Assembly (NCBI RefSeq): GCF_009914755.1
Contig: NC_060942.1
From: the human T2T-CHM13v2.0 reference genome, Homo sapiens
Length of the DNA stretch: 64,000 nt
Direction: 5' to 3' (one strand)
Shown: piece after piece, positions 52,301 through 64,000 of the stretch
How positions within the stretch are numbered: the stretch's first letter is position 1
Layout of the letters: each line of letters begins with the position of its first letter
Made by a program: the position numbers and the translations under genes
The notes under the pieces: generated by a model
Databases searched by the model: none
What the model was told of the DNA's origin: nothing
Seen by the model: the letters and a program-made list of their open reading frames with translations, nothing else

Positions 52301-54713
52301 GGGCAGCGGGGGAGCAGAACTGCAGGCCCGGCCGCAGCACCTGCCCACCTTGCTGGTGAGGGGTGAAGGCTTCCAGGCCCTGGCCTCCACATCCAGACAC
52401 CACCCTCACCCGTGCAGGAGCGGGACTCGAACCCACCTCTCTCGCCTCCTTGTGCTGCAGGGAACATTCAAGTCCTGATGTGGACTCTGTCCTGCTGCAG
52501 CAGGAAATCCAGAGATGCCTCTGCCACCACGGCAACGGGCTCTGGCCAGAGCAGCAGGAGGGAGCTGGGCCCACATGGCCGTCACCGTGGTTTGCCCACA
52601 GCTGCTGTTTCTGAGCCGTCACAGGGTCAGGGGCATCCAGGGAACACGCTGAGATGCAGCCTCTGCTGCAGCCCGACAGATGTGTAGCTGCTTCTGGAGC
52701 ACGCCCGGGGAACACCCTTTCTTCCTATGGATGCCAGCTGGACTCACTGTGCAGACAGGGCCTGAACCAGACCAGAGGCACTGGCTTCTAGGCGAGGGAC
52801 CTTCTCAGCACGGGACCTGCAGCTGCCTTTCCCACACTCACACAGGCTCTTCCCATTGTCCTAAGAACCCTGTGGAGGTACAGGCAGGGGTTATCCAAAT
52901 GCTGACTCATGTGAGTCCGACAGGAGCATGGTGCCCGCCCGAGGAGTGTCGACCTCACGCTAGCCACTGTGATTATTGTCACTGTTACTGTGTGAGCTGC
53001 TCTGTTCGGGAGGGGAAGCCACGCTGAGGAGCAGCTGGGACACGTGCCTGGCCCTGCCCTCCAGCTGGCCTCCGTTCCACACATGAGAGCCTTGCCTAGA
53101 AGGCCCTTGGTGGTGGGGGGGGTGGGGGTTGGTGCCTGAGCCCCCCACCCTGCAGCTCTCCTCATTCTCGTGCAGTAGGTCCCCTTTGCTGTTGGACTTG
53201 CAGCTTCTGCAGGCAAGAACAAGGTGACGTCCCCTCCGTTCTCCAGCAGCAGCTGTGGGCCCACTTGGGGTAGAAGTGAATGAATGAGTGACAAACTGAG
53301 GATGCAGATGCCTCGGCTGCAGAGGAGCAAAGACAGACATTTCATTTGAAAGCTCGGAAACCACACAAGCAGGAAAAGAATGAAACGAAATATTTAAAGT
53401 GTTGAGAAAGGAAAAAATAGACCCCAACCTACAATTCTGTACCCTGTGAAGTTATCCTTTAAAGTGAAGGAGAAAAAAAAGACTTTCCCAGAAAAACAAA
53501 ACTTGAGGGAATCAGTTGTCAATAAACCTGCCCTGTGAGAAATGAGAAAGGAAGCTCTTTAGAGTGAGAATACTACTCAGATCCAAAGACAGGAAGAATA
53601 TTGGAAGAGGAAAAAGTAAAGTAAGATAAAAACACTGTTCCGATTCTCCACTGATCTAATAGATAAGTTTGTCCAAAGTAATAGCAACAATGCATTTGGT
53701 CATGTGTGCTTATATACATTAAATATGTATGCTGACATGTGTATATACACATGCTTGCCTAGGTATGCTAATGTGTGAGTGAAATCAATTGCAGCAATGA
53801 CACAAAGGATGGGAGGAAAAAATTAAAGTGATTTTGTTATTAGAAGGTGTCACACTATCCATGAAGTGGTATTGTATTATTTGAAAATGGGCCTGGATTA
53901 GTTGTTCATGTATGTTATAAACTTTAGGGCAACCATTAAAAAAATTAAAAAGTATAACTGATATGCTAAGAAAGGAGAGAAAATGGAATCATATAATTAA
54001 AACCACAAAGGACAGAAAAAGAGTAGAAGACAAAAATAAGAACAGAGAACATGGGCAACAAATAGAAAACAGTAACAGACATGGTAGATATTAACCCAAC
54101 TGTATCCATAATTACCTTGAATGTGAATAATGAAGATGCACCAGTTAAAAGATAGACTGTCCAGGAAGCAAGACCCAACTAGATATTGTCTATAAGAAAC
54201 CCACTTTAAATATAGGTACATGTAGATTAAAAGTAACTGGATAGAGAGATTTCTACCCTGCTAACACTAAGAAAGTGGGAGTAGCTATATTAATTTCAGA
54301 CAGTACACTTCGGAGTGAGGAGACGGTCGGGGATGAAGCAGAGCATTCCACAATGATAAAAGGGTCATTTCTCCAAAAAGATAACAATCCTGAAAGTGGG
54401 TGTGACTGCCAACAGAGCATCAAACTACATAAGGCAAAACGGATAGAAATGCAAGGAGAAATAGATGAGTCTACTATTAGAGTTGGAAACGTCAATGTTT
54501 CTCTATCAGAAATGGATAGATCCAGTAGGCAAAAGAAAAAAATCACTAAAGTCAAACTCAACACCATCAATCAAATGAATATAATTGACATCTATAGACT
54601 AGACTACTTCATCCAACAGCAGAATAACATCCTTCTGGAGCTCACCTGGAACATTCACCAAGACAGACCACATTTGGGTTATAAATCATACCTTAACAAA
54701 TGTAAAAGAATTG

Positions 54714-55146
54714 TGTATTAGTCCACTTTCACACTGCTATAAAAGAACTATCTGAGACTGGGTAATTTATAAAGAAAAGAGGTTTAATTGACTCACAGTT
54801 CTACATGGCTGGGAAAGGCCTCAGGAAACTTACAACCATGGTGGAAGGCAAAGGGGAAACAAGGCATGTCTTACGTGGTGGCAGGAGAGAGAGAGCGAAG
54901 GAGGAAGTCATACCCTTTAAACCATCAGATCTCGTGAGAACTCACTATCATGAGAACAGCATGGGGGAAACCACTCCCATCATCCAATCACCTCCCAGCA
55001 GGTCCCTCCCTGGGTGAGAGCAGACATTGCCTGATTTCTGTTTGATATGGTTTGGCTCTGTGTCCCTACCCAAATCTCATCTCAAATTGTGGGGATTACA
55101 AATTTCAGATGAGATTTGGGTGGGGAGACAGAGGCAAACCATAGCA
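54714..55146 (-). mobile_element. THE1D/MSTA-type MaLR solo LTR inserted in the L1
   Basis: TGTATTAGTCC...GAGACTGGGTAATTTATAAAGAAAAGAGGTTTAATTGACTCACAGTTC...GAGATTTGGGTGGGGAGACAGAGGCAAACCATAGCA; TSD AATTG / AATAG. Confidence 0.92.
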
Positions 55147-55856
55147 AATAGAAATCAGGCAATGTCTGCTCTCAGACCACAATGGAGCTAAACTAAAAAC
55201 CAGTAACAGAAAGGTAACTAAAAAATCACAAAATACACAGAGACTAAACAACACATTTCTACATAACACATGAGACAAGAAATACCAAGGGAAATTTCAA
55301 AATGTTTTGAGCTAAATGAAAATGAAAACACAACTTATCAAAATCTGTGGGATGCAACAAAAGCAGTACTTAGAGGGAAATTTATAGCATGTATATATAT
55401 TAGAAAAGAAGGAAGATCTAAAACCAATTACCTAACCTAGTCATCTTAGGAGACTAGAAAAAGAAGAGCAAATTGAATCCAAAGTAAGCAGAAGAAAAGA
55501 CATAACACAAATTACAGCAGAAATCAATAAAATTGAAGACAGAAAATCAATAGAGAAAAGCAATGATACCAAAAGCTAGTTATTTGAAAAGACAAAGAAA
55601 ATTGATATGCCTCTAGCTAGGCTAAGAAAGTAAGAGAGAGGACACAAATGAATATCAGAAATGAAAGAGGGGACATCACTATGTAAAAGGATTATAAGGG
55701 AGTACTATGAACAACTCTATGCCCATTTGTAACCTAGATGAAATGGACCAACTCCTTGAAAGACACAGTCTGTCAAAACTCACACAAGAAGAACTAGCCA
55801 ATCTAAATAGACCCGTATCTATTGAAGAAATTGAATAAATAACTAACAACTTTCCA

Positions 55857-56155
<299 letters not shown>

Positions 56156-59100
56156 TTAACAAGTTTCCAAATCAGAAAACATCAAATCTAGATGGGTTTA
56201 CTAGTGAATTTTGCTTAACATGTGAGGAATAAATTGTGCCAATTCTCTACAACCTCTTTCAGAAGATAGAAGCAGAGAAAATATTTCCAAACTCATTCTA
56301 TGAGGCCAGCATCACCCTACTACCACAACAAGATGAAGAAAAAACCACAGACCAATATATCTCATGAACATAGATGCAAAAATCCTCAGCTAAATATCAT
56401 CAAATTCAATTCCATAATGTAGAAAGAGAATTACACACCAAGACCACATGGGACTTACCCCAGGTGTGCAAATCTGGTTCAACATTTGGAAATGAATAAT
56501 GTAATCCATCACGTCAACATTCTTGGGAAGAAAAATTGCATTATCGCATCAAGAGATGCAGAAAAATCACTTGACAAAAAACCAGCACCCATCCATGATA
56601 AAAACTCAGTGAACTAGGAATATAGAACTTCTTCAACTTGCCATAGAATATCTACAATAATAATGGTGAGATACTCAAAGCTTTCCTACCAAGATCAGGA
56701 ACAAGGCAAGGATGTCCTCTCTCACCTCTTTTCAATATCACACGAGAAATCCTAACTAATGCAATAAGACAAAAAAGGGAAATAAAAAGTATACTGATTG
56801 GAAAGGAAGAAATAAAACTGTCCACAGATAACATGATTATCTATGTAGAAAATCCAAAAGAATTGACCAAGAAAACAACAAAGAAAACCCTCCTGGAACT
56901 AATAAGCAATTATAGCAAGTTTGCAGATTATAAGATTAACATACAAAAGTCATTTGCTTTTGTGTATACTAGCAACGAACAAGGAATTTGAAATTAAAAA
57001 CATAATACAATTACATTAGTTCCCTCAAATGAAATACGTAGGTATAAATCTAATAAAATATGTACAAGTTCCATATAAGGAAAACTACAAATCTCTGATC
57101 AACAAAATCAAACAAGAATAAAGAAATAGAGATCAGGAACAAGGCAAGGAGAGAGACCTCTCTCCTTGAGGACACTGCAAGGCTCACTGCAGCCTCTGCC
57201 TCCCAGGTTCAAGCAACTCAAGAGGCGAGGTTGCTTGAACTCTCAGCTCTTCTCTCATGTTCATGGACAGAAGATTCAATATTGTCAAGATGTTCATTCT
57301 TCCCAATTTGATCTATAGATTCAATTTTATCCTAGTCAAAATTTCAGCAAGTTATTTTGTGGATATTGACAAACTGATTTTAAAGTTGATGTGGAGAGGC
57401 AAAAGACCCAGAATAGTTAGCACAGCTCACTACAAAGAAAGGGTGATATTGGCAAAGGAAGAGACAAATCAACGGAGCAAAACAGAGACCTCAGACCTAG
57501 AGCCACATAGATACAGTCAACTGATATTTGACAGAGGAGCAGAGGCGATACAATAGAGAAAGATGGTCTTTCAAAAAATGGTGAACAACTGCGCACCTAC
57601 ATGCAAACAAATGAGTCTAGACTCAGACCTTTCACCTTTCACAAAAAATTAACTCAAAATGAGTCTCAGACTTAGACATAAAACACAAAACTACAAAATT
57701 CCTAGAAAAAAACGTAGGAAGAAATCTAGATGAGCCACACCAAAGGTATACATTGTGAAAGAATTAGTAAGCTAGACTTTCTTAAAATTAAATTTTTTTT
57801 GCTCTGCAAAAGAACACTGTCAAGAGTGATGAGAAGAGAAGACACAGACTGGGAGGAAATATTTACAAAAAACACATTTGATAAAGGGAAAAATACGAAG
57901 AACGCTTAAGAGTCAACCATAAGAAAAGCCCAGTTTAAAAGTGGGTCAGAGACCTTCGTGGACCCCTCGGAAGATGGCAGATACACATATGAGAAGATGC
58001 CCCGTCACAGTCGTCAGGGAAATACAAGTTAAAATGAGGAGACACCTTCACGCGCCTGTTAGAACAGCCGGCCTCCAGAACACCGGCAGCATCAAGGACC
58101 AGTGACGACGTGGGGCTGCAGGAACGCTCATTCGCTGCTGGAGGGGATGCAGATAGCACGGCCACTTCGGGAGACAGTTTGGGAGCTGCTTACAAATGTA
58201 AACATGGGCTCTGACCCTGTGACCCAGTGTGCACGCACCTTGGTACCTGCCCAAAAGAGCTGAACTCCTTCGTCCACACGGAAACCTGCACTCAGAGGTT
58301 CACACAGCTTTCCTCTCACTGGCCCAACGGGGATGCGATCAAGATACCCTTCAGTCGGTGAATGGATAAACTGGGCACTTCCAGGCAGCGGAGTGTCACT
58401 CAGCGCTAAAACAGAAAAGGAAGCATCAAGACATGAAAAGACAGGGAAGCAGCTTGAATCCACAGCACTAAGGGAGCAAAGCCAGTCTGAAAAGGCTACT
58501 CACCGCGTGAGTCCAACTAGATGACATTCTAGGCAAAACTACGGAGACAGTAGAACGATGACAGGTAGCCAGGGGCTTCGGGAGAGAAGGACAAACAGGC
58601 AGAGCACAGAGGATGTTTAGCAGTGAAACTGCTCCGGGGGACACCACAGGGCAGATGCCTGCGATCACACGTTTGTCCAAACCCACGGAGTGAGTGGCCC
58701 CAGGAGGGAGCCCTGTAGTGAGCTCCGGGATCCGGACCATCGGACGCGTCCGTGCGGGTTCATCGCCCGGCACAAATGCACGTCTCCAGCCTGGGAGGTT
58801 GGTGGTGGGGGAGGCTGTGCCTGTGTGGGGGCAGGAGGCATATGGAAACTCTCTGGACCTTCTTCTCCATGTTTCTGTGACTGTAAAACTGCTCTGAAAA
58901 AGTAGTCTTTTAAGAAAAATCAAACATTAAAAAAAAGAGGCATAAACAATGTCTACGATCACCCAGAACCTAAGTGTCAGCTGGGATTGAAACCTGCGTC
59001 ATGGGTTTGGTCTGAGGGTGACATTGATGGGAGGTCACCTGGCTCTGCTCCAGCGCCTGACCCGGCTCCAGCACCTCGCCCAGCTCCTGACCCGGCTCCA

Positions 59101-62100
59101 GCATCTCACTCCCTGGGCTGCCCGGACCACAGGAGGTGTGGAGTGGGAGCATTTTCATCAGTCCCCAGAAGGCAGGATGGGGAGCTGCTCGTGGTCCCTG
59201 GAGGAGTAGCACCCACTATCCCCAAGACAAATGCCCGCAGTTCACCACCTCTAAGATCTGATGTGATCTAGACAAAGGCATTTCAAATCCATGACTCAGG
59301 AAAAGCAGGGGAATTAATGGCGGGTTTGAGGGATGGGGGGCCCTCCCTGCCTGCATCGTGTCCAAATTCGCACCCAGGGAGACGCAGACCCCATGTCTCC
59401 TCTCCTCCGGGAAAGCACACATCACACGCTGGCATCCGACAGTTTCTGCAGCGAGGGTCGCTGTGTGGGATAGAAGGTCCTTCGGAAGTGTCTGTGGAAC
59501 AAGGTGCACTGTTACTGAGCTACATATTTATATATAAAGTGCAGGGAGAAGTTCATGATGACATTGCACAAGATTCAGACTGGTCTGTGATGGAAAACCA
59601 AGGCTGAGCCCAGGCAGCGTGGGGGACCCCGTGCTCTGTCCTTGTGGGAGCAGAGCCTGTCAGAACAGCCAAGGGCTGTGTGACCCGGAACAGCTGCCTC
59701 TGCCTGAGCTCGCGGGGGTCCCACAGGTTCCGGACTCCCTCGTCCAAAAATCTGTGATGAGGCAGATGCCAGGGAGCTGAGAACGCGCCCACTTCCTGCT
59801 GGGGGCCACCCAGCCTCCTCCTGAGGAAATGCTGGTGTGGAGCTGGGCACTCTTGTCCAGCCGTGGACCTCACAGGGGTGGGGATGAGGGTGAGACCCGA
59901 GGTCATGAGCTGGGGGCACCACCCATGCCCGGGCACTGACAGCGGGTGGCTCGCAGTGAACCCAGCATCGCCTCCATGGCCTGTCATCATCGGGACTCTG
60001 CCGCAAGTGAAGACGTGCTTGTGTCCCAGGGTACAAGCCGCCAAAGCCCCAGAGGAGGACGAGGAGGACACCCCCGGGAGAGGGCCGGGAGCTCACAGCA
60101 GGGTGGGCACCAGGTAGGAGGCCTTGAAGGACAGCGGGGATCCCCAAAGCCAGGAAGGTGTGCACCATGTAAGGAAATCTCACTCACAAGGGATGAGAAA
60201 TCGTCGTCCCTCCCTCGGCTCAGATTAGCCAAGATGGCAAGTCACATCCAGGGTGAAAGCCACAGCACCGGCCCTGGTTTGGGATGACACCGCGGCTGTG
60301 ATCTCGGCAGCCACAGGCTTCCCCGTCCGACTCGGCCGAGAAGCCTCTCCTGCCACCTCTGAGCTCTAGGCTTGGACTCTGGAGTGGTTGCTGGAGTCAC
60401 TTCCCACCGTGCCGGGCAAGGGCTGCAGGAGGGCACAGCGTGCGGGACGCTGGCAACTCACAGCTGCCTCCCAGCCACACCCCCCACCTCCTGCAGGCTC
60501 CAGGGCCCTTTGTCTCTGAGAACGAGAGCTGCATCTTGTCCAGTGGGTTTCACAGGTCTCAGGACTGGGAATGGCGCTGGGCGCGTGGACAGGTGAAGTC
60601 CATTGTTCCTGCTGCTGCCGGTGTGAGCCGCAGCCCACGCCCACCACCAAGGAGGCAGAACGGCGGTGTGAATGGAGAACCACTCATTTGCCAAATCATT
60701 TAAATCAGATTTTTCACAGCTGAGAATGCCACGGCAAAGCACAAATGACTTTGTTCCAGAGAGAAAAGGGAGAGCAGGGCACCGAGGCAGACCACGGGAA
60801 CACGAGCAGCGCCTTCCACGCTGTCCGGGCAGGGCACCGAGGCAGATCAGACTGCAGCACAGTGTCTGGGGAGCCCTCTCGACCAGTAAGGAAAGTGGCA
60901 CTTGAGGCTGAGAGGAAGAGAGCGATTCCAGGTGAAAGGACTCTTTTTAAAGACTCCCCAGCTAGCCGGTCTGTTTCTTCATTAATTTTCCTTAAAAGCT
61001 CCACTTGTGAGACAGGCAAATGCTCGCCACCTGCCCCCGCCCCCGCCCCCATCATAAACCAGCGCACCTGGAGGCAGGGGCTCGAGGCAGGCAGGCCTGG
61101 GAAGGTGGTGGGGCTTGCAGCAGACGGGCCTGGGAAGGTGTCGGGATGTGCACCATGACCCACCTCCCGGGATGACCACAGAGCTGGGGGTGTATTTTCT
61201 GCACTTTTTAAAACGACTGAAGCATTTCTAAGGTCAAAGTGGAAGGTTCAAATAGCCCAGCCAGAGCCCAGAGCAGCCCCTGGAACGTCCTCTCCAACAC
61301 ATTTACAAGGAAAAACCATCTGATTGAAAGCGAGAGACTCCGTGGTCACGTCCGTAATTGGCCAGAAAATCACCCATGAAGGCAGTGTGTTGTTTGAACT
61401 ATGTCTTATTCCAAAAGAATTTCATTAAAGCAATTATATTTTAATAAATGTGGGAGGTTACAGATGGCACTTCAGTTCATAACAGAGCCTGTATGCCCTG
61501 GCAATTAGCAGCGGAAAATGAGCAGGACTGAGCCCATCGTTGTGCCTGCGTAATGTTTTCATTACAGGAGTTACAAATAATCTATTACTCTTCCTCTAAA
61601 CACCCAGCAACATGCAAGCATTCCTCACCTCAAAGTCGGTTCTAAGTAAACAAAATAAGATGCCAAGAGGCAGCGTGTCAGCATAGGATTTACGGAGTGA
61701 ATCAGAGGCCTTTGTACGATTGAAGACATCGTTAGCCCTCGGGAGCCAAGTGTGGCAGCACTGGGAGCCGGCCTCACCACCGTGCAACTCTGCCTGTCCA
61801 GCCTGGTGGGTCTTTCTGGAAAGGTCCGTCTGCCCGGGTCCTGCCTGCCCCCTGCCACTGCTGTCGGAGGAGCCTCAGGGACCCCAGTGGGTCCTGTCCC
61901 TCGGGAACCAGCTGCTGCCACGGCCGCCACAAGCCACGTCCCAGAATGAGGGGCTCCCTCAGGAGGAGCGTGTGGCAGAGGAGAAACTCCCCAAGCCTTT
62001 CAGACAAAAATGTTAGGTCTATTGAACTCTCCTGAGTGGCAGACGGAATGGGATGGCCCAAATCCGAAAGAACATCTGGAATCTCATCTTTCATCTTCTC

Positions 62101-62750
62101 CAACAGAAATGGACACCAGACTGGCTTTTGCCAAGAATATCACAGCCCTGGCATGATTTTTTAAGATCTATACATTTATGGTAAATTTCTTCAAAACCAA
62201 ATATTACAGAATTAACGAGGCTGGGGCTGGGCTCTGGGGAGGGGAGGTCCAAATAGAGCTGCTGGGAGCAACCCTGGGACCCCCTCTGGAGTCTCCTGTT
62301 CTGTGGGGGAGACCCTGACTCTCAGGACGCAGCAGTGGGCGGAGTGCGGTGGGTGACAGGGACATGGCCCGTGGGTGTCGGAGCCACTATCAAGACGGCT
62401 GAGGTGGGAGATCCCTGGGAGACTTGGCCCTGGGCCACTGGCAGAGGGCAGAGGGGTGTCTGTGTCTGAGGTCAGGCAGCCTCTGCCAAGGCACCTGTGC
62501 TGAGAAGCCACTGGTCCCTGGAAGCCACCTCCCTTCAGACATAGATGGCCCTTTTTGTCTTGACTGCTAGGAAGCTGAGTGTTCAAAGGTTACCACTCTC
62601 TGAATCCCACGACACCTGCCCTCCGCCATCATCTTATCCCTGTGGAGTTGTCTGTTCTTGATTGAGAACAACCTCAAATCCCTTTTGGAAACAAATGGGC
62701 AGTAAATGAATGTGTGGTGGGAGCTCAGGCCCCCAGCTGGCTAGGAGACT

Positions 62751-63122
62751 CTTCCCCCACCCACAGGGGGTCCCTCCACACAGCTCCCAGACCCCCACCT
62801 CTCTCAGACCTTTCCCCCACCCGCAGGGTGTCCCTCCACACAGCTCCCAGACCCCCACCTCTCTCACATCCTTCCCCCACCCACAGGGGGTCCCTCCACA
62901 CAGCTCCCAGACCCCCACCTCTCTCAGACCTTTCCCCCACCCGCAGGGTGTCCCTCCACACAGCTCCCAGACCCCCACCTCTCTCAGACCCTTCCCCCAC
63001 CCGCAGGGGGTCCCTCCACACAGCTCCCAGACCCCCCACCTCCCTTCTCAGACCCTTCCTCTGCACACAGGGGGTCCCTCCACACAGCTCCCAGATCCCC
63101 CACCTCTCTTCTCAGACCCTTC
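62751..63122. repeat. 60-bp C-rich minisatellite, ~6 copies
   Basis: TTCCCCCACCCRCAGGGKGTCCCTCCACACAGCTCCCAGACCCCCACCTCTCTCAGACC with exact 60-bp line periodicity. Confidence 0.96.
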
Positions 63123-63143
63123 TCCGAGAAATGTCTTTGAATA

Positions 63144-63903
63144 TCAGGACTAAGCTCTAATTTTTTATCTTGCCCCAATTCCTATCTAAGGGGTCTAGGG
63201 AGTCATACCCTTCAACCATAAATTCTCATCAGATGGGTCTTATTTGACCGTATATATATCGTGACTTACTTTCCAGTCTGACTCTGGCATAACATTATAA
63301 GACAATAAAAAAATCAAAATATTTCATCCCAAAATATATTTCCTTGCCAGACCTTGAAATTGCCCTGCAAAGTCTCTTGTGGGAAAAATCCACATTCTAT
63401 AGCGAATCCCCTTCCCCTTTGTTTTCCTTCCTTCCTTTGCAGATCCAGGAGATAATTAGCTAAGAGCCAGGCACCTTTTAGGTCTGATAAGAAACATTTC
63501 ACAATCTGCTCCCTCTGAAGTCTGCTATCTGAGAGCTTCCTCTGCACAATAAGACTTGGTCTCCACAGTCCTTTATCTCAACCTCGCATTTCCTCTCTGT
63601 TGATCCCAGGTCTTCTTAAACTCAACCAACTGTCAACCAGAAAATGTTTGAATTCACCGATAACCTGGAAGGCCCCGCTCTGAGTTGTCCCGCCTTTCTG
63701 AACCCAACCAATGTATTTCTTCAATGTATTTGACTGATGTCTCGTGACTCCCTAAAATATATAAAACCAAGCTGTACCCCGACCACCTTAGGCACATGTT
63801 CTCAGGACCTCCTGAGGGCTGTGTCACAGGCCAAGGTCACTCATATTCAGCTCAGAATAAATCTCTAAAAATATTTCAAGGAGTCTGACTCTTTTCGTCA
63901 ACA
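63144..63903 (+). mobile_element. MER4-group (MER4E-like) ERV1 solo LTR
   Basis: Starts TCAGGACTAAGCTC and ends GACTCTTTTCGTCAACA. MER4 motif TATAAAACCAAGCTGTACCCCGACCACCTT; CCAAT 63708, TATA 63758, AATAAA 63856; 4-bp TSD AATA / AATG. Confidence 0.85.
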
Positions 63904-63948
63904 AATGTACAAAGCAGTTGAAACACAGTATCAAAACAGTTATGAAAG

Positions 63949-64000
63949 TTTTTTTTTTTTTTTTTGAGACGGAGTCTCGCTGTCGCCCAGGCTGGAGTGC
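63949..64000 (-). mobile_element. Alu 3' end (young, AluY-like), cut by the window edge
   Basis: Poly-T followed by GAGACGGAGTCTCGCTGTCGCCCAGGCTGGAGTGC. Confidence 0.9.

Noticed and set aside
54275-54721. L1 endonuclease-like ORF as a functional CDS
   Set aside because: A frameshifted, truncated remnant interrupted by an LTR.
54805-54818. PRDM9 hotspot motif at the canonical THE1 position
   Set aside because: The minus strand reads CCTTTCCCAGCCAT, not the active CCTCCCTAGCCAC.

Overview
This is primate (human-like) non-coding genomic DNA with the character of a GC-rich, distal/subtelomeric chromosome band; I cannot place it on a chromosome from sequence alone. I found no credible protein-coding exon, RNA gene or CRISPR array. 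The long ORFs in the track are translations of tandem repeats or decayed L1. About 12 kb (hand estimate, ~19%) is tandem repeat in ~20 arrays. The rest is unique GC-rich sequence plus Alu, MIR, old L1, MaLR/ERVL/ERV1 solo LTRs and hAT MITE remnants. I did not find a new biological system. The most unusual signals are fossil DNA-repair and mutation events inside a 5.6-kb L1MC: a ~125-bp patchwork of locally templated inserts and snap-back hairpins (57130-57256), a 76-bp fold-back inverted duplication across an LTR/L1 junction (55015-55174), and an abrupt AT-to-GC shift of the L1 3' end. Three large VNTRs also grew inside LTRs. Repeat subfamily names come from recalled consensus sequences and need RepeatMasker/Dfam confirmation.
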